Source: Candidatus Hydrogenedentota bacterium (lineage in GTDB: Bacteria; Hydrogenedentota; Hydrogenedentia; Hydrogenedentales; CAITNO01). From it: a stretch of 56,782 bases of DNA. The stretch spans positions 1 through 56,782 of the forward strand of contig CAIUWO010000534.1 in assembly GCA_903902895.1 (NCBI GenBank). Direction: 5' to 3'. Both the position numbers and the translations under genes were made by a program. The notes under the pieces are model-generated. The model searched no databases, was not told the origin of the DNA, and saw nothing but the letters and a program-made list of their open reading frames with translations. How positions within the stretch are numbered: the first letter of the stretch is position 1; each line of letters starts with the position of its first letter. Of this stretch, positions 45,105 to 55,165 are shown one piece after another.

Positions 45105-46109
45105 TTGAAACGGGTGCTGAAGAAGCGGATAAACAAAAGTCGGTTGCTAATGTTGATGACGACGTTAATATTGATTGCTGTGAATGCGCTGGGGCAGGTC
45201 CCTGAAAGCGCGCCGGGACGGGAGCTGTTTTCTGACCCGGCATTCGACCGGGGTTTCACGCTGACGGCTGCCAGTCATCCGGGACCAAAGGTAGAAATCG
45301 GCGCGCTTCAGACAACGGCGTCCCACGAAGGTGCCGCGCCCTCGTGGCGCATGCCGCAATGGGGCTCCCGTGAATTGCTCCAAGCTGGCCGATGCAGCGA
45401 CATGGGCGGCGGACAATGGGGTGCCGAGAACAGAGCGAAGCGCGTCCTAGTCGAACACCTTGGCGACGGACAAACCGGGTTGCGGCTGGAGGTTCGCGGT
45501 GATTTCGAATATGACGGTCGCATGCGTGCGGCAGGGGAGCCGTGGCCGCACCTCTTGATAGAGCAGTGTTTTGACACACCCGTCATCCCGAAGGAATTCA
45601 AAACACTGTCCTTCGCGATGGAGGCGCGCATTCCTTTCTGCAAACCGGCGCCATGGAGTGAGGGCAAGCGTGCTCCCGGACTGCACACCGCGCAGGTGTC
45701 CGCGTTCTGGACCGTGCACAATGTCAGCAAGGGAAACCCGGATTGCGGTGACATGATCTGGTTCGGCATACCCTTCTTCGATGCGCGCCATGAAATTCCG
45801 CCTGCCCACTATGCTTTGGATTCCGGGAAAGCGGATGCATCGGGCAAATTCATATGCATGCTCGACGGGAAACGTTTCTGGAAGGAACCCACCGGTAATG
45901 GTTCCTGGCAGAAGGTCGATGCCGACCTGCTGGCGCTATTGCGGGAGGGACTGACGACCGCGCAACAGCACGGCTACCTGCAAAACACCAAGTTTGAGGA
46001 CCTCTCTATAGATTCGTTCAACTTGGGTTGGGAAATTCCCGGTCCGTATGACGCCGCATTCGAGGTGCGGGGCCTGTCCATGCAAGGGGAGATAGAAGGA
46101 GACAAATAG
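45105..46109 (+). CDS. Secreted hypothetical protein with no family recognised
   Basis: Basic N-region plus hydrophobic core (KKRINKSRLLMLMTTLILIAVNALG). Non-shadow amino-acid composition. Same strand as the GH31 gene, 214 nt upstream of it. The start is uncertain (TTG 45105, GTG 45114 or ATG 45150). Confidence 0.55.
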   Translation: MKRVLKKRINKSRLLMLMTTLILIAVNALGQVPESAPGRELFSDPAFDRGFTLTAASHPGPKVEIGALQTTASHEGAAPSWRMPQWGSRELLQAGRCSDMGGGQWGAENRAKRVLVEHLGDGQTGLRLEVRGDFEYDGRMRAAGEPWPHLLIEQCFDTPVIPKEFKTLSFAMEARIPFCKPAPWSEGKRAPGLHTAQVSAFWTVHNVSKGNPDCGDMIWFGIPFFDARHEIPPAHYALDSGKADASGKFICMLDGKRFWKEPTGNGSWQKVDADLLALLREGLTTAQQHGYLQNTKFEDLSIDSFNLGWEIPGPYDAAFEVRGLSMQGEIEGDK

Positions 46110-46323
46110 TCGTGCGCTTCGGGTCTGTTGGGGGGAGGTTTCCATTGTGAGAATGCACCTCGCCACGACCAGACCACACGCCTGCCCCTGTCCCCCTTCG
46201 AAGGGGGCAGGCCCGAAGGGCCGGGGGATGTAAGTGGCTTTCGATGAAACCTGGCCGTATCGCGCGCGTCAAATGACTGGGTGAAGAAGTGTCTCGCCCA
46301 CGGCAGAAAGAAACGGAGCCTCC

Positions 46324-48069
46324 ATGAAGAAATGGCTGAAACGCATACTCCTTGGCCTGGCGGCCTGCGCCCTGTTACTGGGCTTCTTTCTGTATTTCTG
46401 GGTCATCCTGCCGCTCTGGGGGATGCCGTTCAATGCCCAACGCCACGGCAACCCCCCGCTGGTACCCGCGTGGGCGCTGGAGTGCTGGCTCTGGGAAGGG
46501 GATGAGGAGCAGCTCAATGCTGAGTACACCCTCGAATTGCTCAATGGCTACCGCGACAACGATATTCCGGTGCGGACCTGTCTGATTGACTACCCCTGGG
46601 CGGCGCGGCTCAACGACTTCAGCATGGACGAGAGGCGTTACCCAAACCACAAAGAATTCCTTGCTGCGTTGGAGAAGCGGGACATCCGCACCGTGCTGTG
46701 GATGACCACCATGGTCAACAGCAAGAATGGCAACCGTGACCTGCTGGAATCGGAGGACTGGTTCAAGAAGGCGGCGGACAGCGGCTACCTGTGCGGGGGG
46801 GACTATCAGTGGAAATGGTGGCTGGGCGAGGGTGGATTTATCGACTACACCAACCCGAAGGCCATGAAGTGGTGGCGCGGCATGCAGGACCAGGTGCTTG
46901 ACTTGGGTATAGACGGCTGGAAACTGGATGACACCGCTTCCATGTTCACCTCGCGGCCCTTGGGCCTGCCCGCCTTCTATCAGAAGACGCAGGCGGGGTG
47001 GATGACCACGCGCGGCTACATGGACCACTTCTACCGGGATGAGTATAGGTACGGGTTGTCCAAGAATCCCGAATTCGTGACGCTGGGCCGTCCCATTGAC
47101 AGCGTCCTTCCCTGGGCGCATCCCGAGGGCTTTGCCCCCCTGGATGCCTCGCTGGTGAACTGGGTAGGTGACAACACCCACACTTGGGAGGACAGTACAC
47201 GCGGCATCGAGCGGGCCATCCGCTGCATCCTGGAAAGCGCCTCGCTGGGCTACAACATCATCGGTTCTGACGTGGGCGGATACCACGGCAACATGAAGAT
47301 TCCACCGGAGCTCTACATCCGCTGGGCCCAGTTCTCCACGTTTTGCGGTCTCTTCTTAAACGGAGGCCATGAAGAGCGGCGGCTCTGGATGCGCACCCCG
47401 CAGGAACTGGAGCTTATCCGCCAGTACTCCTGGCTGCATACCGAACTTGTTCCCTACATCTACTGTTCCGTGGTGGAGGCACACAACGGCGGGAAGCGGC
47501 TCATGCGGCCCATGAAAGAGGGCAGGCACCAGTACGGTTTCGGCGACTGGCTGCTGGTGGCCCCGGTGTACACGCCCTCGGAGACCCGCGAGGTGGTGCT
47601 GCCTGCGGGCCGCTGGCGCTATTGGTTCGATGACAGCAAGGTCATCGTTGGGCCGGCGAAGATTTCGCGCAATTATCCCATTGGTGAATTCCCGGTTTAC
47701 ATCCGGGACGGTGCCATCATCCCCATGCACATTTCGCGGGAATACACAGGAATCGGCGGGCGCGAATGGGACAACTACCTTACCCTGAACATATATCCCT
47801 GTCAGGACAGCCATTTTGAAGTCCCCGCCACAGACAAGACAGGAACGATGCAGGTGTCGGTCCATGCGGGCAATCCGACCACTGTGACACTGGGTGGGGC
47901 CGCCAGGCTGCACGTGCTGCGTGTATTTTCCGAAGCGAAGCCCGTGTCCGTCGATTATAACGGCGTGGCGCTGGCGGAGGGACAGGACTGGCAATACCAG
48001 TCGGAGCAGAAGAGGCTTATTGTCAAAACCGAATCGGCGTTGAGCGGGTCATACGCTGTGAAATACTGA
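46324..48069 (+). CDS. Glycoside hydrolase family 31-like TIM-barrel enzyme with an N-terminal membrane anchor
   Basis: TM ILLGLAACALLLGFFLYFWVILPLWG. Nucleophile-region block GIDGWKLDD (compare YicI GVDCFKTDFGE). Acid/base-region block IIGSDVGGYHG. Confidence 0.7.
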   Translation: MKKWLKRILLGLAACALLLGFFLYFWVILPLWGMPFNAQRHGNPPLVPAWALECWLWEGDEEQLNAEYTLELLNGYRDNDIPVRTCLIDYPWAARLNDFSMDERRYPNHKEFLAALEKRDIRTVLWMTTMVNSKNGNRDLLESEDWFKKAADSGYLCGGDYQWKWWLGEGGFIDYTNPKAMKWWRGMQDQVLDLGIDGWKLDDTASMFTSRPLGLPAFYQKTQAGWMTTRGYMDHFYRDEYRYGLSKNPEFVTLGRPIDSVLPWAHPEGFAPLDASLVNWVGDNTHTWEDSTRGIERAIRCILESASLGYNIIGSDVGGYHGNMKIPPELYIRWAQFSTFCGLFLNGGHEERRLWMRTPQELELIRQYSWLHTELVPYIYCSVVEAHNGGKRLMRPMKEGRHQYGFGDWLLVAPVYTPSETREVVLPAGRWRYWFDDSKVIVGPAKISRNYPIGEFPVYIRDGAIIPMHISREYTGIGGREWDNYLTLNIYPCQDSHFEVPATDKTGTMQVSVHAGNPTTVTLGGAARLHVLRVFSEAKPVSVDYNGVALAEGQDWQYQSEQKRLIVKTESALSGSYAVKY

Positions 48070-48170
48070 GTTTCGACAGCCTGCGGCGAAGCTGGAGCAT
48101 GCCGGCAGGAAGTGCTATTATTTTCGCCTTGGAATTCGTTCCCATAAACCTGAAACAAAGGAACACGAGC

Positions 48171-49607
48171 ATGGACCACGCGAGTTTGACCAGAAGGGCC
48201 TTCCTGGCCGCCGCCACCACCACCATGGCCTTTGGCGCCGTGGCCGCCAAGGAAGGCAAATCGGGCGTCCCCGCGCCGCCGGTGACGCCGAACACCGCAA
48301 AAGTGGTACCCCGCAAGCTTTCCCCCAACGAGAAGGTCAACGTCGCGGCCATCGGCGCGGGCGGCAAGGGCACCTCGGACATCATGAGCTGCAAGAAACT
48401 GGGCGAGAACATTGTGGCCCTTTGCGACGTGGACTGGGACCGCTGCGCCGAGTCATTCTACCGCATCCCGGAAGCCAAACAGTTCAAAGACTACCGCGTA
48501 ATGCTCGAGAAGATGGGCAGTGAGATTGACGCGCTGACGATTTCCACGCCGGACCACACGCACGCCCCGGCGGCGTACATGGCCATGATGATGGGCAAGC
48601 ACGTGTACGTGCAAAAGCCGCTGACGCACACCGTTGCCGAGGCGCGCCTGCTGAAAAATACCGCCAAGGAATGCGGCGTCATGACGCAGATGGGCAACCA
48701 GGGCCACTGCGGAAACGGCGTGCGCACCCTGTGCGAGATGATCTGGAGCGGCGCCATCGGCAACGTGCGCGAGGCGCACGTCTGGACGCACCGGCCGGTG
48801 TGGGACAACCAGGGCATGAACGTGCCGCTGCCCCCCGAGGTCACGCCGGAGAACATGGACTGGGATCGCTGGATCGGCACCGCCCCCTGGCGTCCGTACA
48901 ACCACAAACTCGCGCCGCACGACTGGCGCGCATGGCAGGATTTCGGCGGCGGTTCGCTCGGCGACATGGCCTGCCACATCATGGACGCGGCCTATATGTC
49001 CCTTAAACTGGTCGAAGCCACCGATTACACGGTGGAAGTGGTCGAACAGCGCGGGCGCAACGAGCAGACCTTCCCGATCACCACCACCATAAAATACTCC
49101 TTCCCGGCCCGCGGCGAGATGCCGCCCGTGGACGTGTACTGGTACGACGGCCACTACCCCGACGAGAAGACGGGCGAGGAGATATACAACCGGCCCAAGC
49201 GTCCGGCGGGCATCCCCGAAACTGAAGAACTGGGCGACGGCAACAAGAACGGCTCGTTCTTCGTCGGCGAAAAGGGCATTCTGACGGCCGGCGAGTACGG
49301 CGGCGACCCGCGCCTGATGCCGGCAGAGACGATGAAAGACTACAAGTTCCCGGCCGAGACCGCAGAGCGCATCCCGGACGAGGACCCGTACTTCGACTGG
49401 CTCCGCGGCATCAAGGAAGGCAAGATGCCCTGCTCAAACTTCGACTATGCCGGTCCCTTCACCGAAATGGTCAATTTCGGCAACCTCGTGGTCAAGTCCG
49501 GTCAGAAGCTGCACTGGGACAACAAGGCAGGTGTCGTCATGGATGTGTCGAACCCCGCCCAGATAGTCAGCAAGGAATACCGCAAGGGTTGGGAACTGCC
49601 CTGCTAA
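48171..49607 (+). CDS. Tat-exported Gfo/Idh/MocA-family oxidoreductase
   Basis: Twin-arginine signal MDHASLTRRAFLAAATTTMAFGAVAA. Rossmann block VNVAAIGAGGKGTSD. STPDHTHA and YVQKPLTH blocks. Confidence 0.85.
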   Translation: MDHASLTRRAFLAAATTTMAFGAVAAKEGKSGVPAPPVTPNTAKVVPRKLSPNEKVNVAAIGAGGKGTSDIMSCKKLGENIVALCDVDWDRCAESFYRIPEAKQFKDYRVMLEKMGSEIDALTISTPDHTHAPAAYMAMMMGKHVYVQKPLTHTVAEARLLKNTAKECGVMTQMGNQGHCGNGVRTLCEMIWSGAIGNVREAHVWTHRPVWDNQGMNVPLPPEVTPENMDWDRWIGTAPWRPYNHKLAPHDWRAWQDFGGGSLGDMACHIMDAAYMSLKLVEATDYTVEVVEQRGRNEQTFPITTTIKYSFPARGEMPPVDVYWYDGHYPDEKTGEEIYNRPKRPAGIPETEELGDGNKNGSFFVGEKGILTAGEYGGDPRLMPAETMKDYKFPAETAERIPDEDPYFDWLRGIKEGKMPCSNFDYAGPFTEMVNFGNLVVKSGQKLHWDNKAGVVMDVSNPAQIVSKEYRKGWELPC

Positions 49608-49618
49608 GAGTCTGACGG

Positions 49619-49672
49619 CTCAAGCATTTCGCGCGCCGCATCCCGGCAAGGGGTGTGGCGCGTTTGCTTGAG
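49619..49672 (+). terminator. Long interrupted hairpin / rho-independent terminator after the Tat oxidoreductase gene
   Basis: Outer stem CTCAAGCA / TGCTTGAG. Inner 13-bp stem CGCGCCGCATCCC / GGGGTGTGGCGCG (two G-U pairs). The 3' side is followed by T-rich sequence. Confidence 0.6.
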
Positions 49673-49844
49673 GCGTGGGCAAGAAATTCTCGTCTGCCAG
49701 TCTTCTTCAGATTGGTTCGTCTTGCCGTTCGGGCATAGCCCTGCGTTAGCGCCCGGAGCGCGAAAGGTGTATCATTTTACATGGTCGACGCCGGTACGGA
49801 CCCGGCGGCACCATTCACGACAATCAAAAGACAGGGAGAGAGCC

Positions 49845-52800
49845 ATGCGCGGAAGAGGACTGTTTGCGGCGGCAATGCTGCTTGCGCTGGGTGCCGGCGC
49901 CGCACCGATGACGGTCGGCGCGATGAAATGCGAATACCGCATCAATCCACAGGGCATCGACGTGACGCTGCCGCGCCTGAGCTGGGAACTCCAGTCCAAG
50001 GAACGTGGTGTGGTGCTGTCCGCCTATCAGATGCTTGTTGCCTCGACGCCGGAACAACTGGCAAAGGACACGGGCGACCTGTGGGATTCGGGCAAGGTGG
50101 CCTCGGACCAGTCCACGCAGGTGCCTTATGCCGGCAAGCCCCTTGCTTCGGAGAAGCGATGCTACTGGAAGCTCAGGGTGTGGAACGCGCAGGATGAGGC
50201 CTCGGCCTGGAGCGAGACAGCGAAGTGGTCCATGGGCCTGCTCAAACAGTCCGACTGGCTGGGCAAATGGATAGGTCTGGACGGGGGGGAGGGCGAGTCG
50301 AAGCTGGTCTATGACGACATTGCCAAAGCGAGTTGGATCTGGTTTCCCGGGCCGAGTCCGGCCGCATCGGCGCCTGCGGGCAATTGCTGGTTTCGCACCA
50401 TGCTTGTCATTCCAGGAGGAGCGACCATTCAGTCCGCGGTGGCCCATGTGGGCGTGGACAACTGGTGCGAGATGTCGGTCAATGGCGACATTGTCGGCAG
50501 CACCGGTGACTTCAAGCAGACCAAGGAATTTGACATTGCCGCCAAACTGCATTCAGGCGGCAACGTTATCGCGGTTGAGGCGGAAAACGCGGGTGACGGC
50601 CCCAATCCGGCGGGTCTGGTGGCCTCCATCGTGGTGCGACTGAATGACGGCAGCACGCAGCAGTTGATTAGCGGCGACGGGTGGCGGGTCACGGACAAGG
50701 AGCAGGCCGATTGGGCGAAGCCCGGTTGCGACGATTCCAAATGGAGTAAAGCCCAGGTGCTGGGCGGTTTCGACATGGCCCCATGGACCGGCGGAGGCAA
50801 GTCGGACAACAGCCGTCTGGCCGCGCGCATGCTGCGCCGTGAATTTGAAGCGAAGAAGGCGGTTGTGCGGGCCACGGTCAGTATTTGCGGTCTCGGTCTT
50901 TTTGAACTGCACCTGAATGGAAGCAAGGTGGGCAATGATGTGCTGGTGCCGGGCCAGACCGAGTTCAAGAAACGGGTCCTCTACATGACCTATGACGTGA
51001 CGGACCGTGTCAAAGAGGGCAGAAACGCCGTCGGCGTAATGCTCGGCAATGGGCGCTTCTACGCGCCCCGTTTCACCCAGCCGACGGCGACCAACACCTT
51101 CGGCTACCCCAAAATGATGTTCCAGATGCGGACCGAATACGCCGACGGCACCTCGGAGACGCTGGTGAGCGACGCTGCCTGGAAACTGACCACGAAGGGG
51201 CCCGTCCAGGCGAACAACGAGTACGACGGGGAAGAGTATGACGCCCGTTTGGAGATGCCGGGCTGGGATGCGCCCGGCTTTGACGACAGCGCGTGGGAAA
51301 CGGCCAAGGAAGTCGCCGGTCCCGGTGGCGTTTTGTCGGCGCAGATGGCCGAGCCGATCAGGGTGATGGAAATCGTCAAGCCGGTGGCCGTTAAGCAGCC
51401 CAAGCCTGGAACCTACGTGTATGACATGGGCCAGAACATGGTCGGCTGGTGCAGGTTGTCCGTGCAGGGTCCCGAGGGAACGGAAGTCAAGCTGCGCTTT
51501 GCAGAAACGATTAAGGACGACGGCTCTTTGTATCTGGACAACATCCGGGGCGCAAAAGTGACCGATCTTTACACGCTCAAAGGCGGGGGGGGCGAGGTCT
51601 ACACGCCGCGCTTCACCTACCACGGGTTCCGCTACGTGGAGGTGACCGGGTACCCCGGCGAGCCCACCCTGGCCGCGCTGGAAGGGCAAGTGGTGCATGA
51701 CGCGGTCGCCGAGGCGGGGAGCTTTGGCTCTTCCAACCCGCTGGTGAACCGCATTCACAAGAATATCTACTGGGGCACGCGCGGCAACTACCGCAGCTTC
51801 CCCACGGACTGCCCGCAGCGCGACGAGCGGCAGGGCTGGCTGGGCGACCGTTCTGCGGAGTGCAAGGGCGAGAGCTACCTGTTTGATATCGCGGCGCTGT
51901 ACGGCAAGTGGGTGGGTGACATGGAGGACGGACAGCGTGATGATGGCAGCGTGTCCGACGTTTGCCCGACCTATTGGCCGCTGTACAACGACAACGTCAC
52001 ATGGCCGAGCACCTTTGTTATCGCGCCCGACATGCTCTACACGCAGTACGGCGACACGCGGGTCATTGAGCGCCACTATGACGGCATGAAGAAGTGGATA
52101 GAGCACATGAGGGGGTACATGAAGGACGACCTGATTGCCAAGGACAACTACGGCGACTGGTGCGTACCGCCCGAGGAAAAGACGCTGATTCATTCCAAGG
52201 AGGAGAAGCGCAAGACGCCCGCCGAACTGCTGGCATCCTCCTATTTCATATACGACGTGCGCCTGATGGCGAAATACGCCGGCATGCTGAAGAAGGATGA
52301 CGACCGCGCCGCTTTTGCCGCGCTGGCCGACCGCATGACCGCCGCCTTCAACAAGAAGTTCTGGGACGCCGACAAGGGCTATTTCGGCAACGGTTCGGAA
52401 ACCTCGCAGGTGCTGCCGCTGGCGTTCGGAATCGCCCCGGAGGCGTCGCGCGGTCCCGCGTTCAAATACCTCGCAGACAAGATCATGAACGAGGGCAACG
52501 GCCATCTCGCGACGGGGCTCATCGGCGGCCAGTGGCTGATGCGGCTCCTGTCTGACAACGGGCGCGCCGATATTGTCTACACCATGGCCTCCAAAGAGGA
52601 CTATCCCAGTTGGGGCTACATGATCAGCAAGGACGCCACGACCATATGGGAGTTGTGGAACGGGGACACTGCCGACCCCGCGATGAACTCCCACAATCAC
52701 GTCATGCTGGTGGGCGACCTCGGGATATGGTTTTATGAGTATCTTGGCGGCATTCAGGCGGACCCGCTCAAGCCCGGTTTCAAACATGTTGTCATGAAGC

Positions 52801-53087
52801 CGCATCCGGTGGGCGACCTCAAGCATGTTTCCGCCATGCACCAGTCACTTCACGGACTGGTTTCGAGCGAATGGAACATGGATGGCGGCAACTTTGTCTG
52901 GAGAATTCAGATACCGGCGAACACCTCGGCGACGGTCAGTGTCCCGGTCCAAGGGGACAATGTGGTAGAGGAGGGCGGCGCCCCGGCGGAAACGGCCACC
53001 GGGGTTAAGTTTCTCCGTAGAGATGAGGGCTACGCCATCTATGAGGTCGGCTCAGGAAGTTACACTTTCGTAACAGACTGGAAATAG
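49845..53087 (+). CDS. Alpha-L-rhamnosidase, glycoside hydrolase family 78
   Basis: Signal peptide. N-terminal block MKCEYRINPQGIDVTLPRLSWEL and the six-hairpin catalytic-domain signature FPTDCPQRDERQGWLGD. The start was taken at ATG 49845, after AGGGAGAG. Confidence 0.9.
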   Translation: MRGRGLFAAAMLLALGAGAAPMTVGAMKCEYRINPQGIDVTLPRLSWELQSKERGVVLSAYQMLVASTPEQLAKDTGDLWDSGKVASDQSTQVPYAGKPLASEKRCYWKLRVWNAQDEASAWSETAKWSMGLLKQSDWLGKWIGLDGGEGESKLVYDDIAKASWIWFPGPSPAASAPAGNCWFRTMLVIPGGATIQSAVAHVGVDNWCEMSVNGDIVGSTGDFKQTKEFDIAAKLHSGGNVIAVEAENAGDGPNPAGLVASIVVRLNDGSTQQLISGDGWRVTDKEQADWAKPGCDDSKWSKAQVLGGFDMAPWTGGGKSDNSRLAARMLRREFEAKKAVVRATVSICGLGLFELHLNGSKVGNDVLVPGQTEFKKRVLYMTYDVTDRVKEGRNAVGVMLGNGRFYAPRFTQPTATNTFGYPKMMFQMRTEYADGTSETLVSDAAWKLTTKGPVQANNEYDGEEYDARLEMPGWDAPGFDDSAWETAKEVAGPGGVLSAQMAEPIRVMEIVKPVAVKQPKPGTYVYDMGQNMVGWCRLSVQGPEGTEVKLRFAETIKDDGSLYLDNIRGAKVTDLYTLKGGGGEVYTPRFTYHGFRYVEVTGYPGEPTLAALEGQVVHDAVAEAGSFGSSNPLVNRIHKNIYWGTRGNYRSFPTDCPQRDERQGWLGDRSAECKGESYLFDIAALYGKWVGDMEDGQRDDGSVSDVCPTYWPLYNDNVTWPSTFVIAPDMLYTQYGDTRVIERHYDGMKKWIEHMRGYMKDDLIAKDNYGDWCVPPEEKTLIHSKEEKRKTPAELLASSYFIYDVRLMAKYAGMLKKDDDRAAFAALADRMTAAFNKKFWDADKGYFGNGSETSQVLPLAFGIAPEASRGPAFKYLADKIMNEGNGHLATGLIGGQWLMRLLSDNGRADIVYTMASKEDYPSWGYMISKDATTIWELWNGDTADPAMNSHNHVMLVGDLGIWFYEYLGGIQADPLKPGFKHVVMKPHPVGDLKHVSAMHQSLHGLVSSEWNMDGGNFVWRIQIPANTSATVSVPVQGDNVVEEGGAPAETATGVKFLRRDEGYAIYEVGSGSYTFVTDWK

Positions 53088-53391
53088 GCGAGATGCAGAC
53101 CATGGCCACAGGGATGGGATGCGTCGAGCATGTCATCCCCGTGGTTCTTAATCTATTGTGCGAAAAATTCTGGGAAAGCCGACTTGACGGGGATGGGTGG
53201 AAAATCGTAATGTGTCAAAACTTTGCGAAATCGGGGGGTATGCCTGAGGCAAAGTCGTGCTTTTCTGGAATTGGCCGCAGGCGAGGCTTGTGCAAGCTTC
53301 GCCTGAGTCTTTGGATGAAATGTGTCCCAAGGCTGGGACACAGTGCCTAATATTGGAATCTACTTAACGTAACTTTAAGGAGTGAGACGAC

Positions 53392-54849
53392 ATGGAACAG
53401 TCCCCGGTGATCAAGTTTTTCAGTGGTGAGAGCGTACCGGTTGAGTTGCACAAGGTGCGCATTGTGCAAAAGCTGCACCTGAATCCCATTGAAGAGCGTT
53501 TCAGCGCGATCAAGGAGGCGGGTTTCAACTCCTTCCTGCTGAGCACGCGCAACGTGTTCCTGGACATGCTCACTGACAGCGGCACGAACGCCATGAGCGA
53601 CAACCAGATAGCCTCCATGCTGCGGGCCGATGACGCGTACGCCGGATCGCAGAGTTTCGAGCGCCTTCAGGAGGCCGTCCAGGAAGTGTTCGGGGCGAAG
53701 TATTTCCTGCCCGTGCATCAGGGTCGTGCCGCCGAACACATCATTTTCCAGGCCTTCGTGAAGCCGGGCGACATCATCCCGATGAACTACCATTTCACCA
53801 CCACCAAGGCCCACATCGAGATTCCCGGCGGGACGATCCTGGAGATCTACCACGACGACGCGGTCCAGATTAAGAGCTCAAAGCTGTTCAAGGGCGACAT
53901 TGACGTCGAAAAACTCAAGAACGTCATCGCCAAGCACGGCGCCGACCATGTCCCGCTCGTCCGCATGGAGGCGTCAACCAACCTGCTCGGAGGACAGCCC
54001 TTCTCCATGGCGAACATGCGCGCGGTGCGGGCCGTCTGCGACCAGCACAACATCCCGCTCATCATGGACGCCAGTCTCATCGGCGAAAACGCCTACTTTA
54101 TCAAGCAGCGCGAGCCTGAGTTCAAGAACACCCCGATCAAGGACATACTGCTGCTCATGTGCGGCCTGTGCGACATCGTGTATTTCTCCAGCCGCAAGGT
54201 GAGTTCCACCCGCGGCGGCGGCATCTTCACGAACAACGTGAAGTATTATGACATGCTCAAGGACATGGTCATTCTGTACGAGGGCTTCCTCACCTACGGC
54301 GGTTGCTCCATCCGCGAGATCGAGGCCATGGCCGTCGGGCTCCGCGAAACAACCGATGAGACCGTGATCAGCCAGTCGCCACAGTTCATCAAGTTCCTCG
54401 TTGACAGCCTGGACGCGAAGGGCATTCCCGTGGTCACACCGGCCGGTGCGCTGGGCTGCCACGTCGATGCAACAGGCTTCCTGCCGCATGTCCCGCAGTG
54501 TGAATACCCTGCGGGCGCGCTCGTTTCGGCCTTCTACCTCATTTCCGGCGTGCGCGGCATGGAGCGCGGCACGGTGTCCAGCGTCCGCGACGCCGACGGC
54601 AACGACGTGCTGGCCGATCTGGAGCTGATGCGTCTTGCGATGCCGCGCCGTGTGTTCACCCTGTCCCAGGTGAAATACGTGCTCGACCGTTTGGACTGGC
54701 TGTATCAGAACCGCGACCTGGTCGGCGGCCTCAAGTTCTACTACGAGCCCAAGGTGCTGCGCTTCTTCATGGGCAAGATGGAGCCGACCTCCGCGTGGCC
54801 TGAAAAGCTGATGGCCAAATTCCGCGCCGACTTCGGCGACAGCCTCTAG
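53392..54849 (+). CDS. Beta-eliminating lyase (tryptophanase / tyrosine phenol-lyase family, PLP-dependent)
   Basis: AAGGAG upstream. Collinear by eye with E. coli TnaA: VFLDMLTDSGTNAMS, PVHQGRAAEHI, GGQPFSMANMRAV, MDASLIGENAYFIKQRE, the PLP-Lys context FSSRK, and YEPKVLRFF. Confidence 0.9.
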   Translation: MEQSPVIKFFSGESVPVELHKVRIVQKLHLNPIEERFSAIKEAGFNSFLLSTRNVFLDMLTDSGTNAMSDNQIASMLRADDAYAGSQSFERLQEAVQEVFGAKYFLPVHQGRAAEHIIFQAFVKPGDIIPMNYHFTTTKAHIEIPGGTILEIYHDDAVQIKSSKLFKGDIDVEKLKNVIAKHGADHVPLVRMEASTNLLGGQPFSMANMRAVRAVCDQHNIPLIMDASLIGENAYFIKQREPEFKNTPIKDILLLMCGLCDIVYFSSRKVSSTRGGGIFTNNVKYYDMLKDMVILYEGFLTYGGCSIREIEAMAVGLRETTDETVISQSPQFIKFLVDSLDAKGIPVVTPAGALGCHVDATGFLPHVPQCEYPAGALVSAFYLISGVRGMERGTVSSVRDADGNDVLADLELMRLAMPRRVFTLSQVKYVLDRLDWLYQNRDLVGGLKFYYEPKVLRFFMGKMEPTSAWPEKLMAKFRADFGDSL

Positions 54850-54900
54850 TCCGCAGCAATACAGACCGGACACGTCCGTCCGGCACAAAACGGTAGCAAG

Positions 54901-54939
54901 CGCATCCCCGGGCCGGTCTTCGGCCCGGGGATGCTTTCT
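54901..54939 (+). terminator. Rho-independent terminator after the tryptophanase-family gene
   Basis: Perfect 14-bp stem GCATCCCCGGGCCG / CGGCCCGGGGATGC, 5-nt loop, then TTTCTT. Confidence 0.85.
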
Positions 54940-55165
54940 TGGAGGATACAAGCGTTTGCACAAGATGGGTTGAAGCACGATAGCCCGCAGGGGACTGGCA
55001 TCCTGTTTCCGCCCAATGTCAGGACCATGCCAACGCGGACTCGCACCGGAAACAGGTGCCTGTACCCGGCCGCACAGGACCTTGCAAACAGCGGTGTGGC
55101 AACGCCGGGTGGCCGAAGGGTACGATAGAGCACAATCATCGGCACTTTGAAAAAGGGACTCACAC

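Noticed and set aside
50553-52841. 762-aa ORF on the minus strand, one of the longest in the track.
   Set aside because: It is entirely antisense to the GH78 rhamnosidase gene, which has unmistakable family signatures. Its translation is Arg/Gly/Ala/Val/His-rich low-complexity sequence with no motif. This is a typical shadow ORF of GC-rich DNA.
53093-53350. 85-aa ORF between the GH78 gene and the tryptophanase-family gene, considered as a TnaC-like leader or a small protein.
   Set aside because: It is much longer than TnaC-type leaders. It has no Shine-Dalgarno sequence and a Cys/Gly/Lys-rich composition with no motif. It starts 6 nt after the GH78 stop in a lower-GC spacer. It may still merit a ribosome-profiling check.
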